Origin: Lachnospiraceae bacterium
Lineage (GTDB): Bacteria > Bacillota > Clostridia > Lachnospirales > Lachnospiraceae
Assembly (NCBI GenBank): GCA_017437965.1
Contig: JAFRWN010000121.1
Coordinates: 10,836-74,835, forward strand
DNA: 64,000 nucleotides
Direction of reading: 5' to 3'
The notes beneath the pieces are model-generated. The model was not told the DNA's origin, searched no databases, and saw nothing but the letters and a program-made list of their open reading frames with translations. Position numbers and translations under genes: made by a program. Positions 46,600-55,563 of the stretch are shown piece after piece. The number at the start of each line of letters is the position of its first letter. Within the stretch, counting starts at the first letter, position 1.

Positions 46600-47760
46600 T
46601 CAATTATTACCATCCGTGGGGTATATAGCATCACCATAACTAGCAACAATTTTCAAATCCTTGTCTATTTCAACAAAACTTTTATTAGCCTCTTTAGTAG
46701 CTCCGTTTTCTTCTCTTTCACGTTCTGCATACAATTCAATAAACATATTATCGGTAAACGAAAACTCATACACTCCCACATTTCTGTATGAAAAACCATC
46801 TTCATTTTTCCCAAACTCTATCTTACCGATGACTTCTCCGTTACTGTCTGCTTTAAAAAGGAGATGATCATTTCCGAAGTAACTGAAAATCAGACTTCCG
46901 TCCGGTAACACATAATACCAATATCCCACATCTTCCATTACAAAAGTTTTTTCTCCGCTTGCAGGATCCAATTTATAAAGTTTTCGTATCCCCTCAATGT
47001 ATTCGATAATATATATATATTTATCAAACACCCTTGTTCTGACAACATGATCATCGATTTTTTTTGCACTGCTATTTTCAATATTAACAATAAAGAGTTC
47101 TCCGTCAATATTATGCAGCACAACATTATTGTCATCGTACTTATAAAGGCTTTCAAACCAAGCCGCTTCACCGATATCAATCAAAGTGCCTTGTTTTTTT
47201 GTTTCAAGATTGTAGGTAAAGCCATAATTTCTTCCAATCATGAACAGATTGTTTTCGTTAAGGAAAATAAACTCTGATATACCATTTGGATCATAATTAA
47301 CGTCAGAATCTCTTTTTTCAGCAGATGCACCATGTTTTTTATTATCAAACAGTTTTATTATTTCACCATCAACAATATGAACTAAAGAGGAACCCGACGT
47401 TGCCAGAAAGCCATTATTATAATAACAACAGACACTACAATGACCGAAAAAATTTTTCATACATTTTTCATTGTTATGTTCACAATTTGGTTTTTCACAC
47501 ATGGTTTTCTTTTCACCTGTCAGCATGTTAAAATAATAGAAGTAATGCGGACAAAAAATATTTTCACCATCTGAGGTAACCTGCCCAACAAGTTCATAAT
47601 GATCCCGATAATCATTATACTTTGTATGCGTGCCGCTTCGCTTTTCATCTTCTGTCTTTATTATTTCGTATATTTCGTTTTCAGACAGTACATTTTCGTT
47701 TTTATTGCAGGAGCACATAAAAATTATTATAATAAACAGAATTATAATATATTTCTTCAT
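46600..47760 (-). CDS. hypothetical lipoprotein with a Cys cluster (possibly beta-propeller-like)
   Basis: Lipobox IIIFMCSC. CEKPNCEHNNEKC...GHCSVCC cluster. A repetitive beta-rich remainder. Confidence 0.55.
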   Translation of the reverse strand: MKKYIIILFIIIIFMCSCNKNENVLSENEIYEIIKTEDEKRSGTHTKYNDYRDHYELVGQVTSDGENIFCPHYFYYFNMLTGEKKTMCEKPNCEHNNEKCMKNFFGHCSVCCYYNNGFLATSGSSLVHIVDGEIIKLFDNKKHGASAEKRDSDVNYDPNGISEFIFLNENNLFMIGRNYGFTYNLETKKQGTLIDIGEAAWFESLYKYDDNNVVLHNIDGELFIVNIENSSAKKIDDHVVRTRVFDKYIYIIEYIEGIRKLYKLDPASGEKTFVMEDVGYWYYVLPDGSLIFSYFGNDHLLFKADSNGEVIGKIEFGKNEDGFSYRNVGVYEFSFTDNMFIELYAEREREENGATKEANKSFVEIDKDLKIVASYGDAIYPTDGNN

Positions 47761-47774
47761 TTAATTCCAATCCT

Positions 47775-48845
47775 TTAATCAACAATATTAACATAACGTT
47801 TATTGTTTTCACACACTCTTCCTCTGAGACCGTCCCCAATATTGACAGGAACGGGAATTACTATTCCCTGGATAGCATGTTCACCAGATGAAGGATAGAA
47901 ATCCTGTTGTATCTGATAGTTCAAAACCCTGTTTCCGTTTTGGTTGTCAAAACAAATTATTTTCGAGCCGTCAAACACGGGCAGAATTTTGCCGTCGCAT
48001 AATACCATAAGATAATTATCGGTTTTACAATCACTGCTCACGTATGCTTTTACAAATAATTCTTTCTTTGATTTACTGATGGTTAATTTACTTCCGATCT
48101 GAAAATTGGGATCCCATTTTTTTACTCCGTCTTTTTTTGACTGTTCCACACAGACTGCACCGACATCAATATCAAAGTCACCGGTTCCCTCAAGGTAGTC
48201 CGAATCAACGGCTGTTTTTTCAATTTTTCCGGTTTTTTTGAATTTTGAAGTATCGGCATAGCAAGAGAAAGCAAGAATATTAGGAACCTCATAGAGATTG
48301 CCCCTGTCGGTAAAGAATTCGGGATCAATATTCGCAATTATGTAGATTTCACTGGTATCCCTGATAAACACATCATTCTTCCCCTGTATTTTTATAGGAA
48401 CATAGTTTTCTTCAATCTTCTTCAAATCAAGCCTGATTTTTTCATCATACATATCATCTGCAGTAATATCCAAGAGCCTTCCGTCACAAAAAGCATAAAT
48501 ATCCACAGGTACTGTTTTATCAAGCTTATATCCATTAAATTTAAGGTATACCTCTATATCAAGAACGTCATTTTCATCAAACGTAAGTACCCTGTCGTCA
48601 ACAGGATAATGCACATATTCATTTTTTTTCAAGGTTATATTTATATTGCCTTCAAAAAATCCATAATCATCAAAGGAATCCTGCAATGAGGATTCCTCTA
48701 ATGACTCTTTTCTATTAGGTGATACTGAAGAATCAGAATTTATTCCATCTGAATTATCATTATGATCATCACATGAACATATCATAAGCATTATATATGA
48801 TAAAACTATGATTATTATACAATTTTTAAATATCTTTTTCTTCAT
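47775..48845 (-). CDS. hypothetical lipoprotein
   Basis: Lipobox LMICSC. The ATG directly abuts the upstream TAA (TAAATG). Confidence 0.55.
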   Translation of the reverse strand: MKKKIFKNCIIIIVLSYIMLMICSCDDHNDNSDGINSDSSVSPNRKESLEESSLQDSFDDYGFFEGNINITLKKNEYVHYPVDDRVLTFDENDVLDIEVYLKFNGYKLDKTVPVDIYAFCDGRLLDITADDMYDEKIRLDLKKIEENYVPIKIQGKNDVFIRDTSEIYIIANIDPEFFTDRGNLYEVPNILAFSCYADTSKFKKTGKIEKTAVDSDYLEGTGDFDIDVGAVCVEQSKKDGVKKWDPNFQIGSKLTISKSKKELFVKAYVSSDCKTDNYLMVLCDGKILPVFDGSKIICFDNQNGNRVLNYQIQQDFYPSSGEHAIQGIVIPVPVNIGDGLRGRVCENNKRYVNIVD

Positions 48846-49265
48846 TTAAAAATTACCATTTTTTGTATAAGATGAGCTTCCATAATATGAATCACTGGTT
48901 CTCAAATATAATGTATACGAATTATACATTTCTTGACCTGTTAATCCACTATATCTCTTATGTAAAGTGGTAGTTTGACTTTGCTCAGCAAAATGTGTAC
49001 TACTATTCGTTTTGAACAGATATCCTTTACTTATCCATGTGGTAGACGGTGGATTTTGTTCCGTTACGTAACCCTCAATCCCATAATAAGTTACTGTATA
49101 TCCTGAATACGAAACTTGTTCTTTGTAAACATGCTTCTTGACTTTAATAGTACCTGATGTACCTCCTGATGTAGTCTGGTCTTCTTCATTATAATATTGA
49201 ATAGCACTAACTGACGTAACAAGAAGCAGCAATGCCAAACACAATGCGATAACTTTTCTTTTCAT
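48846..49265 (-). CDS. small secreted S/T/Y/G-rich protein
   Basis: Start set at ATG 49265 (GAGAGG 8 nt upstream): MKRKVIALCLALLLLVTSVSA|IQYYNEEDQTTSGGTSG... Confidence 0.6.
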   Translation of the reverse strand: MKRKVIALCLALLLLVTSVSAIQYYNEEDQTTSGGTSGTIKVKKHVYKEQVSYSGYTVTYYGIEGYVTEQNPPSTTWISKGYLFKTNSSTHFAEQSQTTTLHKRYSGLTGQEMYNSYTLYLRTSDSYYGSSSYTKNGNF

Positions 49266-49314
49266 TTTAGACACCTCTCAATATAATAATATTTCGGTTA
49301 ATCCCGATAATTAT

Positions 49315-49343
49315 ATTATATTACATGTTCTATACAAAGTCAA
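49315..49343 (-). promoter_or_regulatory. near-consensus sigma-A promoter for the 49265-43748 operon
   Basis: Minus strand has TTGACT (49338-49343), a 17-nt spacer, then TATAAT (49315-49320). Confidence 0.65.
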
Positions 49344-49393
49344 TCCCCAACTACCAGTAGTGTTTGTGTTTGTGATTAAAAAATCGTGGCTTC

Positions 49394-50104
49394 CTACCAG
49401 TCCGTATCCCAGTCGGTATCGCCGGCATCCCAGCCGCCCCAGTCATTATCGTCATTCCACCAGTCACCACCATCATCATCCTTATAATAATCCGAATTAT
49501 CAAAGCTGTAGGAAGGGTTATCGAAGCCATAGTCCGTGCCGTGATAATAGTCATCAAACCACTCACTCTCATCCTCAACACCGTAGTAAGGTTCCCAGTC
49601 GAGATCGATGTCATCAAACCAGTACCAGCTTCCGTCCTGGAAATAATAAAGCTGGTCATTCCTGCGATAATAACCACGATGCTTACTGTCTTTGTATTCC
49701 GATACAATGCCTGCCACACAGACACCGATAACAGCTGCAACTAGAAGTCCCGTGCCTGCCATGGCAAGCGGGCTTTTCTTCTTTTTGCCGCCTCCCGATG
49801 AAGCGCCCAGTCTTTCGGGCGAATTATATTTTTCCCGTCTGAGCATTATTTCGGACTCAAGCTTTTCAAAAAGCTCCCGGGCTGCATATTCCTCATCGAA
49901 GCCACGGTATCTTTCTGCTCTCGTGCCGTCAGCCTTGTTTTTATAGACTACCCACTCAAGCGTTTCCGGATCCTGAAAAATCCCGAAAGCCTTTGGCTCC
50001 TTATAGTCCCGGTTAATAAAAAACCTCATCTGCTCAAGAGGCATCTTCTGATCTTCGGCAATTGCAAGTATATCGTTTACCGAATGTACCATATCACGCG
50101 ACAT
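49394..50104 (-). CDS. single-pass membrane protein with a W/D/Y-rich acidic extracytoplasmic tail
   Basis: N-terminal ~100-aa soluble domain, a G/K linker, a TM segment (LAMAGTGLLVAAVIGVCVAGIV), then a tail ...DWWNDDNDWGGWDAGDTDWDTDW. Confidence 0.6.
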   Translation of the reverse strand: MSRDMVHSVNDILAIAEDQKMPLEQMRFFINRDYKEPKAFGIFQDPETLEWVVYKNKADGTRAERYRGFDEEYAARELFEKLESEIMLRREKYNSPERLGASSGGGKKKKSPLAMAGTGLLVAAVIGVCVAGIVSEYKDSKHRGYYRRNDQLYYFQDGSWYWFDDIDLDWEPYYGVEDESEWFDDYYHGTDYGFDNPSYSFDNSDYYKDDDGGDWWNDDNDWGGWDAGDTDWDTDW

Positions 50105-50131
50105 TTTTCCACACTCTTTCCTGAAACTTTT

Positions 50132-52051
50132 TTACTGCGCAGTCACAAGCCCGTATCCCACCGGCAGCCAGCTTTCCTCGGTACCGATCTGTGAAACATC
50201 AGAGTACCATGGTGAAGCAAGCTTTCCGGTAAAAGGTGCCTTTCCGCATATGACGTTTGAAACGCCCTTTCCTTCCGAGCCGGGAAGATAACACATTACA
50301 ACAGCGTCCCACTTATCCACATAATCCTTTATTATCACGTTTCTTCCGGCAACAATAAGTGTCACAACCGGCTTGCCGCTTTCTTCTGCAGCCTTGATTG
50401 CCTTTTTGTTTCTTTCAAGTCCGAGACTGCCGCAAAGCTCAAGATCTTCGGTATCGCCGTTCCATTCGGCATAGGCCTGCTCACCTACCGCAAGAAGTAC
50501 CACATCGGCATCCTCAATTTTATCTGCAATGCTGATACCGTATTCTGCGGCGTTTTCAAGGAATGCTTTCTTTATCGTTGTAAGTCCCGGAATATCCTTG
50601 ATCGGACTTCCGTTCCATGCCATAGTCCATCCACCGCACTGTGAAACTGCATTGTCGGTCGCAGGACCGGTAATATATACCTTTGTGCCTTCCTTAAGAG
50701 GAAGTATGTTGTTTTCGTTTTTAATGCAGACAAGGCTTTTTTCCACAAGCTTCTCGGCAAGCTTTCTGTATTCTTCGGAGCCTGTCTCGCTCTGCCCGGT
50801 CTTCAGGTTTTTGAAGAGAGGATCGTCAAAAACACCTGCGTCCATTTTCACGCGGATTATCCTTGTAACCGCGTCGTTTACTCTTTCCTCGCTTATCCTT
50901 CCGTCATTTACGGCACTGATTATTGTCTGCCTTACTTTTTCATAGGCATCAACTTCCATCAGCATATCCAGTCCCGCATTCACGGCATTCACTATCTGCT
51001 CTTCGTAGGTCGGAGCCGAAGTATTGGTTACGGAATTCCAGTCTCCTGCCACAAAGCCCTTAAATCCCATCTCGTTTTTAAGGTACTGTATATACTTTGC
51101 GTTCTCATGCATCTTTACGCCGTTAAGTGCCGAGTGGCTGATCATGATGCTCTGTACTCCGGCATCGATCTGGCCCTGATATACCGAAAGGAGCTCCTTT
51201 ATCTCATCCTCCGAAAGCTTTGCGTCACCACGGTCGATCAGTCTTTCCACATCCGAATTTTCTCCCGTACCGTATTCCACATTTCCGTCAGCGAAGAAAT
51301 GCTTTGCGCATGCGATAAGTCCGCCGTCGATGAGACCCTTTGTATAGCTTTCACCAAGCGTTTTAATGATTTCAAGGTCAGAGCCGTAGCATTCATAGGT
51401 TCTGCCCCATCTCGGATCCGCTGCCTGTGCAACAACCGGCGAATAGGTCCAGATCATGTGGCAAAGCTTTGATTCATCGGCTGTGGCTTTGCCCATTTCA
51501 TACATGAGCTCCGGATCGTTTGCTGCGCCGAGTCCGATGCTGTGAGGAAAGATCACGGCATTAAGACAGCCGTAAACTCCGTGAACCTGATCCTGTCCGT
51601 AGATATAGGGTATTGCGGCATCGGATTTAAGTGCTGCCTCCTGGTAGCTGTCGATAAGCTTCCGCCATTCCGCGCTTTCAAGCGGATCGGTAAGCGAAAG
51701 AATACAGCCATAGCAGTTTTCCTGCATCTGCTTTGTGTTGATTTTATAAACGCAGGCCATAACCATCTGGGCGGCTTTCTGTTCAAGAGAAAGCGAAGCG
51801 GTTATCTGCTCGGCAGTCATACCTTTGTATTTATCGGACTGCATTTCTGCCTGCTTGGGTGTCGGTCTCGCCGGCGAGCTTTCCGCTGAACTTTCTGCAG
51901 ATGATGAACTTTCGGGTGCGGACGAACTCTCGAGTGCGGTTGAGCTTTCCGATGAAGAACTGCCCTTGTCACCGCAGCCCATCATTGAAAAAGCCATGAC
52001 AACTATCGCTATCATGGCCGTTAATTTTTTAAGTCTGCTGTTTTTGATCAT
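50132..52051 (-). CDS. glycoside hydrolase family 3 (beta-glucosidase-like) lipoprotein
   Basis: Lipobox FSMMGCG plus a Ser-rich linker. GH3-like KHFFADG and GFKGFVAGDW. Start set at the MIKNSRL Met (AAGGAAA RBS). Confidence 0.85.
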   Translation of the reverse strand: MIKNSRLKKLTAMIAIVVMAFSMMGCGDKGSSSSESSTALESSSAPESSSSAESSAESSPARPTPKQAEMQSDKYKGMTAEQITASLSLEQKAAQMVMACVYKINTKQMQENCYGCILSLTDPLESAEWRKLIDSYQEAALKSDAAIPYIYGQDQVHGVYGCLNAVIFPHSIGLGAANDPELMYEMGKATADESKLCHMIWTYSPVVAQAADPRWGRTYECYGSDLEIIKTLGESYTKGLIDGGLIACAKHFFADGNVEYGTGENSDVERLIDRGDAKLSEDEIKELLSVYQGQIDAGVQSIMISHSALNGVKMHENAKYIQYLKNEMGFKGFVAGDWNSVTNTSAPTYEEQIVNAVNAGLDMLMEVDAYEKVRQTIISAVNDGRISEERVNDAVTRIIRVKMDAGVFDDPLFKNLKTGQSETGSEEYRKLAEKLVEKSLVCIKNENNILPLKEGTKVYITGPATDNAVSQCGGWTMAWNGSPIKDIPGLTTIKKAFLENAAEYGISIADKIEDADVVLLAVGEQAYAEWNGDTEDLELCGSLGLERNKKAIKAAEESGKPVVTLIVAGRNVIIKDYVDKWDAVVMCYLPGSEGKGVSNVICGKAPFTGKLASPWYSDVSQIGTEESWLPVGYGLVTAQ

Positions 52052-52068
52052 ATTCTTTTCCTTTTCTT

Positions 52069-52746
52069 TTATTTCAGCCATTCAACGCTGGTAACATAGA
52101 TCACCTCACAGGCTCCGTCACCGTCGTCATCCCTCGAGGTGCTTGAATACCAGTAAAATGTTGAACCGTCGGATTTCTTTCCGTCAATGTAGACAAGATA
52201 GCCCTGAATCCTTATATGGTCACCCTTCTTTATTTTCTTGATGGCTTTTTTTGCCCTGGTATCAGCGGGTATCAGATGGTTGTTGGAACATTGTTTTGCG
52301 ACTCCGTCCATGCCTCCTACCGGATCCAGAACGTCTACGTTGCTGACACTCCAGTTGACCCATCTGCCTGACTGTCTCCAGTTGAAATCTATTTTTTTGT
52401 TGTATTCCGCAACCTTGCCCCATGCAAGCGCGACATCCTTCGGCGACAGCCTGTCACCGACTCCCGAGCCACTGTAGTTTTTGGTACTTACTACCAGTGC
52501 CTCGATATCATAGGAATACTTGTATTCAATGTGCACATCATAGCCCGCGACCTTGGTGTCCACATGCCCCGTGGTTTCCTTCTGTATCGGTTCACGGATT
52601 CCGGCTATGGCACGGTGTCGTCCACCGAGTCCTTTTATCAGGCTGAAGATTATCACAGCAACAACCAGCAGCAGTACAAATATCAGAATGCCGCTGCGTT
52701 TTTTTCTTCCGCCGTAATAGTTTCCGCCGTAGTAATCCATATGCAC
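52069..52746 (-). CDS. membrane-anchored hypothetical protein
   Basis: N-terminal TM (ILIFVLLLVVAVIIFSLI) plus a ~170-aa external domain. No recognised motif. Confidence 0.5.
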   Translation of the reverse strand: MHMDYYGGNYYGGRKKRSGILIFVLLLVVAVIIFSLIKGLGGRHRAIAGIREPIQKETTGHVDTKVAGYDVHIEYKYSYDIEALVVSTKNYSGSGVGDRLSPKDVALAWGKVAEYNKKIDFNWRQSGRWVNWSVSNVDVLDPVGGMDGVAKQCSNNHLIPADTRAKKAIKKIKKGDHIRIQGYLVYIDGKKSDGSTFYWYSSTSRDDDGDGACEVIYVTSVEWLK

Positions 52747-52774
52747 CTCATCCGTCAGCCTGCGGCTGACACCT

Positions 52775-53707
52775 TCATATCTCTTTTAAACCATTGAGTT
52801 TGTCGAAGATGGTCGGAAGCTCAGCATCAACCAGATCGTTGTCAAGCTGGCAGGTTCCCGCATTTGCATGTCCGCCACCGCCATATGAAAGGCAGAGCTC
52901 ACCGATATTTACCTTTGAAACCTTGTTGATTATTGATTTTCCTATCATGACAGCAGTATTCTGCTTTCTGAAGCCCCATGCCACATGAACCGAGATCTCG
53001 GTTTCGGGCCACATTGCATAGACCATGAAACGGTTGCCCGCATAGATAGTCTCTTCATTTCTGAGATCGATCACGGCAACCTTGCCCACTATCTTTGTGA
53101 TGCGCCGGAGCTGCTCCTTGAAAAGCTCCTGCTGTTCGAAATAGAGATCCACTCTTTCCTTAACATCGGGAAGCTCGAGCACATCCTTGATGGAGTGGTC
53201 AACACAATAGGTGATCAGTTCCATCATCAGCGCATAGTTTGAAATTCTGAAATCATGGAAACGTCCGAGACCTGTACGTGCGTCCATAAGGAAATTCATG
53301 AGCACCCAGTCAGTCGGATTAAGTATTTCTTCTTTTGTGAAATCTGCGCTGTCGCCCTTGTCAACCGCCCACATGATTTCCTCGGAAACACGGGTAAAGG
53401 TCTTTGCGCCACCGTAGTAATCATAAACTACACGTGCTGCGGACTTTGCGTCGCCGTCGATGATATATTTTCCCTGATACTCTTCCACCTTGTTTCTGAT
53501 AAGCTCACTCTCATGGTGGTCAAAAGCAAGACCTACTCTTTTATCGAAGGGCAGGTTTGTCGTTATATCATTTTCGGAAAGATCAACCTTTCCGTCCTGT
53601 ACATCCTTGGGATGAACAAACTTGATATCGTCGATCAGGTTTAGCTCCTTTAAAAGCATCGCACATACGAGACCGTCAAAATCGCTTCGCGTAACCAGTC
53701 TTTTCAT
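52775..53707 (-). CDS. DHH-superfamily phosphoesterase-like protein
   Basis: MKRLVTRSDFDGLVCAMLL...AFDHHESE (DHH-type motifs). Start set at 53707, which has GGAGG upstream. Confidence 0.55.
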   Translation of the reverse strand: MKRLVTRSDFDGLVCAMLLKELNLIDDIKFVHPKDVQDGKVDLSENDITTNLPFDKRVGLAFDHHESELIRNKVEEYQGKYIIDGDAKSAARVVYDYYGGAKTFTRVSEEIMWAVDKGDSADFTKEEILNPTDWVLMNFLMDARTGLGRFHDFRISNYALMMELITYCVDHSIKDVLELPDVKERVDLYFEQQELFKEQLRRITKIVGKVAVIDLRNEETIYAGNRFMVYAMWPETEISVHVAWGFRKQNTAVMIGKSIINKVSKVNIGELCLSYGGGGHANAGTCQLDNDLVDAELPTIFDKLNGLKEI

Positions 53708-53820
53708 AATAAAAATACCTCCGTAACTTATATAAACCTCAATATTACTATCTTTCGATACTTGATAATAGTATATATCAAACCGGACTTTCATGTCAAC
53801 AATTTACGCAAAAACTTTGT

Positions 53821-53862
53821 CGAACATTTGTTTTATTTTCCCTCTTTACAAACATTTGTTCG
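53821..53862. promoter_or_regulatory. two LexA (Cheo-box-like) sites overlapping the polymerase promoter
   Basis: CGAACATTTGTTTT (53821-34) and AAACATTTGTTCG (53850-62), against the consensus GAAC-N4-GTTC. The promoter is TTTACA-17-TATTAT. Confidence 0.6.
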
Positions 53863-53879
53863 TGTGTTATTATAGTGGC

Positions 53880-55277
53880 ATGAAGAGAACATATATCTGC
53901 ATCGACCTCAAATCCTACTATGCTTCGGTCGAATGTGTCGCGCGAGGCCTTGATCCCTTAAAAGCAAGGCTTTTAGTTGCCGACGAAAGCCGGAGCGACC
54001 AGACAATCTGCCTTGCGGTCTCGCCTGCCCTTAAAGCCATCGGAGTTCCGGCGAGACCCAGGCTTTTTGAAGCAAAGCAGGCCATCAGGTTCTATGAAAC
54101 GATGCATAAAACGAAAATCGACTACCTTATCGCAGTGCCAAGGATGGCGGAATATGAGCGGATCTCCGCGCTGATCTACTCGATATATTTAAACTATGTC
54201 GCGCCGGACGACATCCACATCTATTCGATAGATGAATGCTTCATCGACTGTACGGAATATCTGCATTTCTACACTGAATGTCCAGGCGGGAACGAAATGA
54301 CTGCCGCAAGGCTGATGGCAATAACGATAATAAGGGATGTGCTCCGGACAACCGGAATAACCGCAACTGTCGGTATCGGCACAAATCTTTACCTTGCCAA
54401 AGTCGCAATGGACATAGTTGCAAAAAAATGCCCGGCGGACGCAGACGGCGTACGGATCGCGGAGCTTGACGAGGACAGTTACAAATTCCTGCTCTGGGAC
54501 CACACCCCGTTAACAGATTTCTGGATGGTGGGTCCGGGCAAGGCAAGAAGGCTTTACAATGCCTCGATGTTTACGATGGGAGACGTGGCCGAGAGGACAC
54601 AATGGGACGAGGAGTGGTTCTACAAACACTTCGGGATTGACGGCGAGATACTGATCGACCACGCCTGGGGGCTTGAACCGGTAACGATGAAGGACATTAA
54701 AAACTATCGCTCCGACTCGCATTCCCTTTCATCCGGGCAGGTACTTCCGCGCCCGTACAAATTTGGCGAGGCCCGCATCGTTTTTTCCGAAATGATAGAC
54801 GGGCTCTGCGCCGACATGTCCGAAAAGGGGCTGATCTCCTCTCTTTTCAGCTTCTGGATTTCCTATGACTACAAAAGCCTCGAGGTCTGTCCGGGCTACA
54901 CAGGTCCGGTTTCCCTTGACTTCTACGGAAGGTTGCACCCTAAACACACAGGCGGAACCGTAAGGCTCCGAGCCGCGACAAACCTTGCCGTGAACGTCTC
55001 GCCCCCTCTTCTTTCAGCCTTCGATACACGGACAGATCCGAGGCTTTTGTTCAGGCGGCTTGGAGTTGCTGCCGGAAATGTCGAGCACGACTGTGGCTTT
55101 TACCAGCTTGACTTTTTTACGGACTATGATGAGCTTGCAAGGTTAAGAAGGCTTCAGGCAGCCCAGATAAAAATAAGGCAGAAATATGGTGTAAATTCGA
55201 TTTTCAAAGGAACGAATATGCTTGAAGGCGCCACCGCCCTCGAAAGAAATCTTCAGATAGGAGGACATAAAGCGTGA
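53880..55277 (+). CDS. Y-family DNA polymerase (UvrX/DinB-like)
   Basis: MKRTYICIDLKSYYASVECV...IDECFID... Start moved to 53880. Confidence 0.85.
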   Translation: MKRTYICIDLKSYYASVECVARGLDPLKARLLVADESRSDQTICLAVSPALKAIGVPARPRLFEAKQAIRFYETMHKTKIDYLIAVPRMAEYERISALIYSIYLNYVAPDDIHIYSIDECFIDCTEYLHFYTECPGGNEMTAARLMAITIIRDVLRTTGITATVGIGTNLYLAKVAMDIVAKKCPADADGVRIAELDEDSYKFLLWDHTPLTDFWMVGPGKARRLYNASMFTMGDVAERTQWDEEWFYKHFGIDGEILIDHAWGLEPVTMKDIKNYRSDSHSLSSGQVLPRPYKFGEARIVFSEMIDGLCADMSEKGLISSLFSFWISYDYKSLEVCPGYTGPVSLDFYGRLHPKHTGGTVRLRAATNLAVNVSPPLLSAFDTRTDPRLLFRRLGVAAGNVEHDCGFYQLDFFTDYDELARLRRLQAAQIKIRQKYGVNSIFKGTNMLEGATALERNLQIGGHKA

Positions 55278-55543
55278 AAACAGTAAACATTGTTGAAATT
55301 CCTGCGGATTTCAGATATAAAAAGGTCTACCTTAAAGGTAAACCTGTCCATGATAATTTTGATTCTTTTACCGCAAGGCATCCCAGAATGGATGTGGGCC
55401 GCCGTGCCAAAATCTTTGCGCCTTTTGACGCCCTGCGCGGTTTCAGTGCCGCGATACTTGCCGAGCAGGGAAAGGCCGAACAAAAAGAAAGAGAAAAGGA
55501 AAAACCGCACGGTGGGGAACCGTGCGGTGTATATAAGGATTAG
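55274..55543 (+). CDS. YolD-like protein
   Basis: GTG start overlaps the polymerase stop. ARHPRMDVGRRAKIFAPFDALRGF resembles the YolD family, which accompanies Y-family polymerases. Confidence 0.6.
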   Translation: MKTVNIVEIPADFRYKKVYLKGKPVHDNFDSFTARHPRMDVGRRAKIFAPFDALRGFSAAILAEQGKAEQKEREKEKPHGGEPCGVYKD

Positions 55544-55563
55544 GATTGTGAAGAACACGTCGA

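Noticed and set aside
49351-49740. 129-aa (minus) and 123-aa (plus) ORFs rich in H/P/T/R overlapping the W/D-rich tail gene
   Set aside because: They are artefacts of the repetitive GAT/TGG/TAT coding sequence of 49394-50104. Only the W/D/Y frame has a start, an RBS context and a TM-containing N-terminal part.
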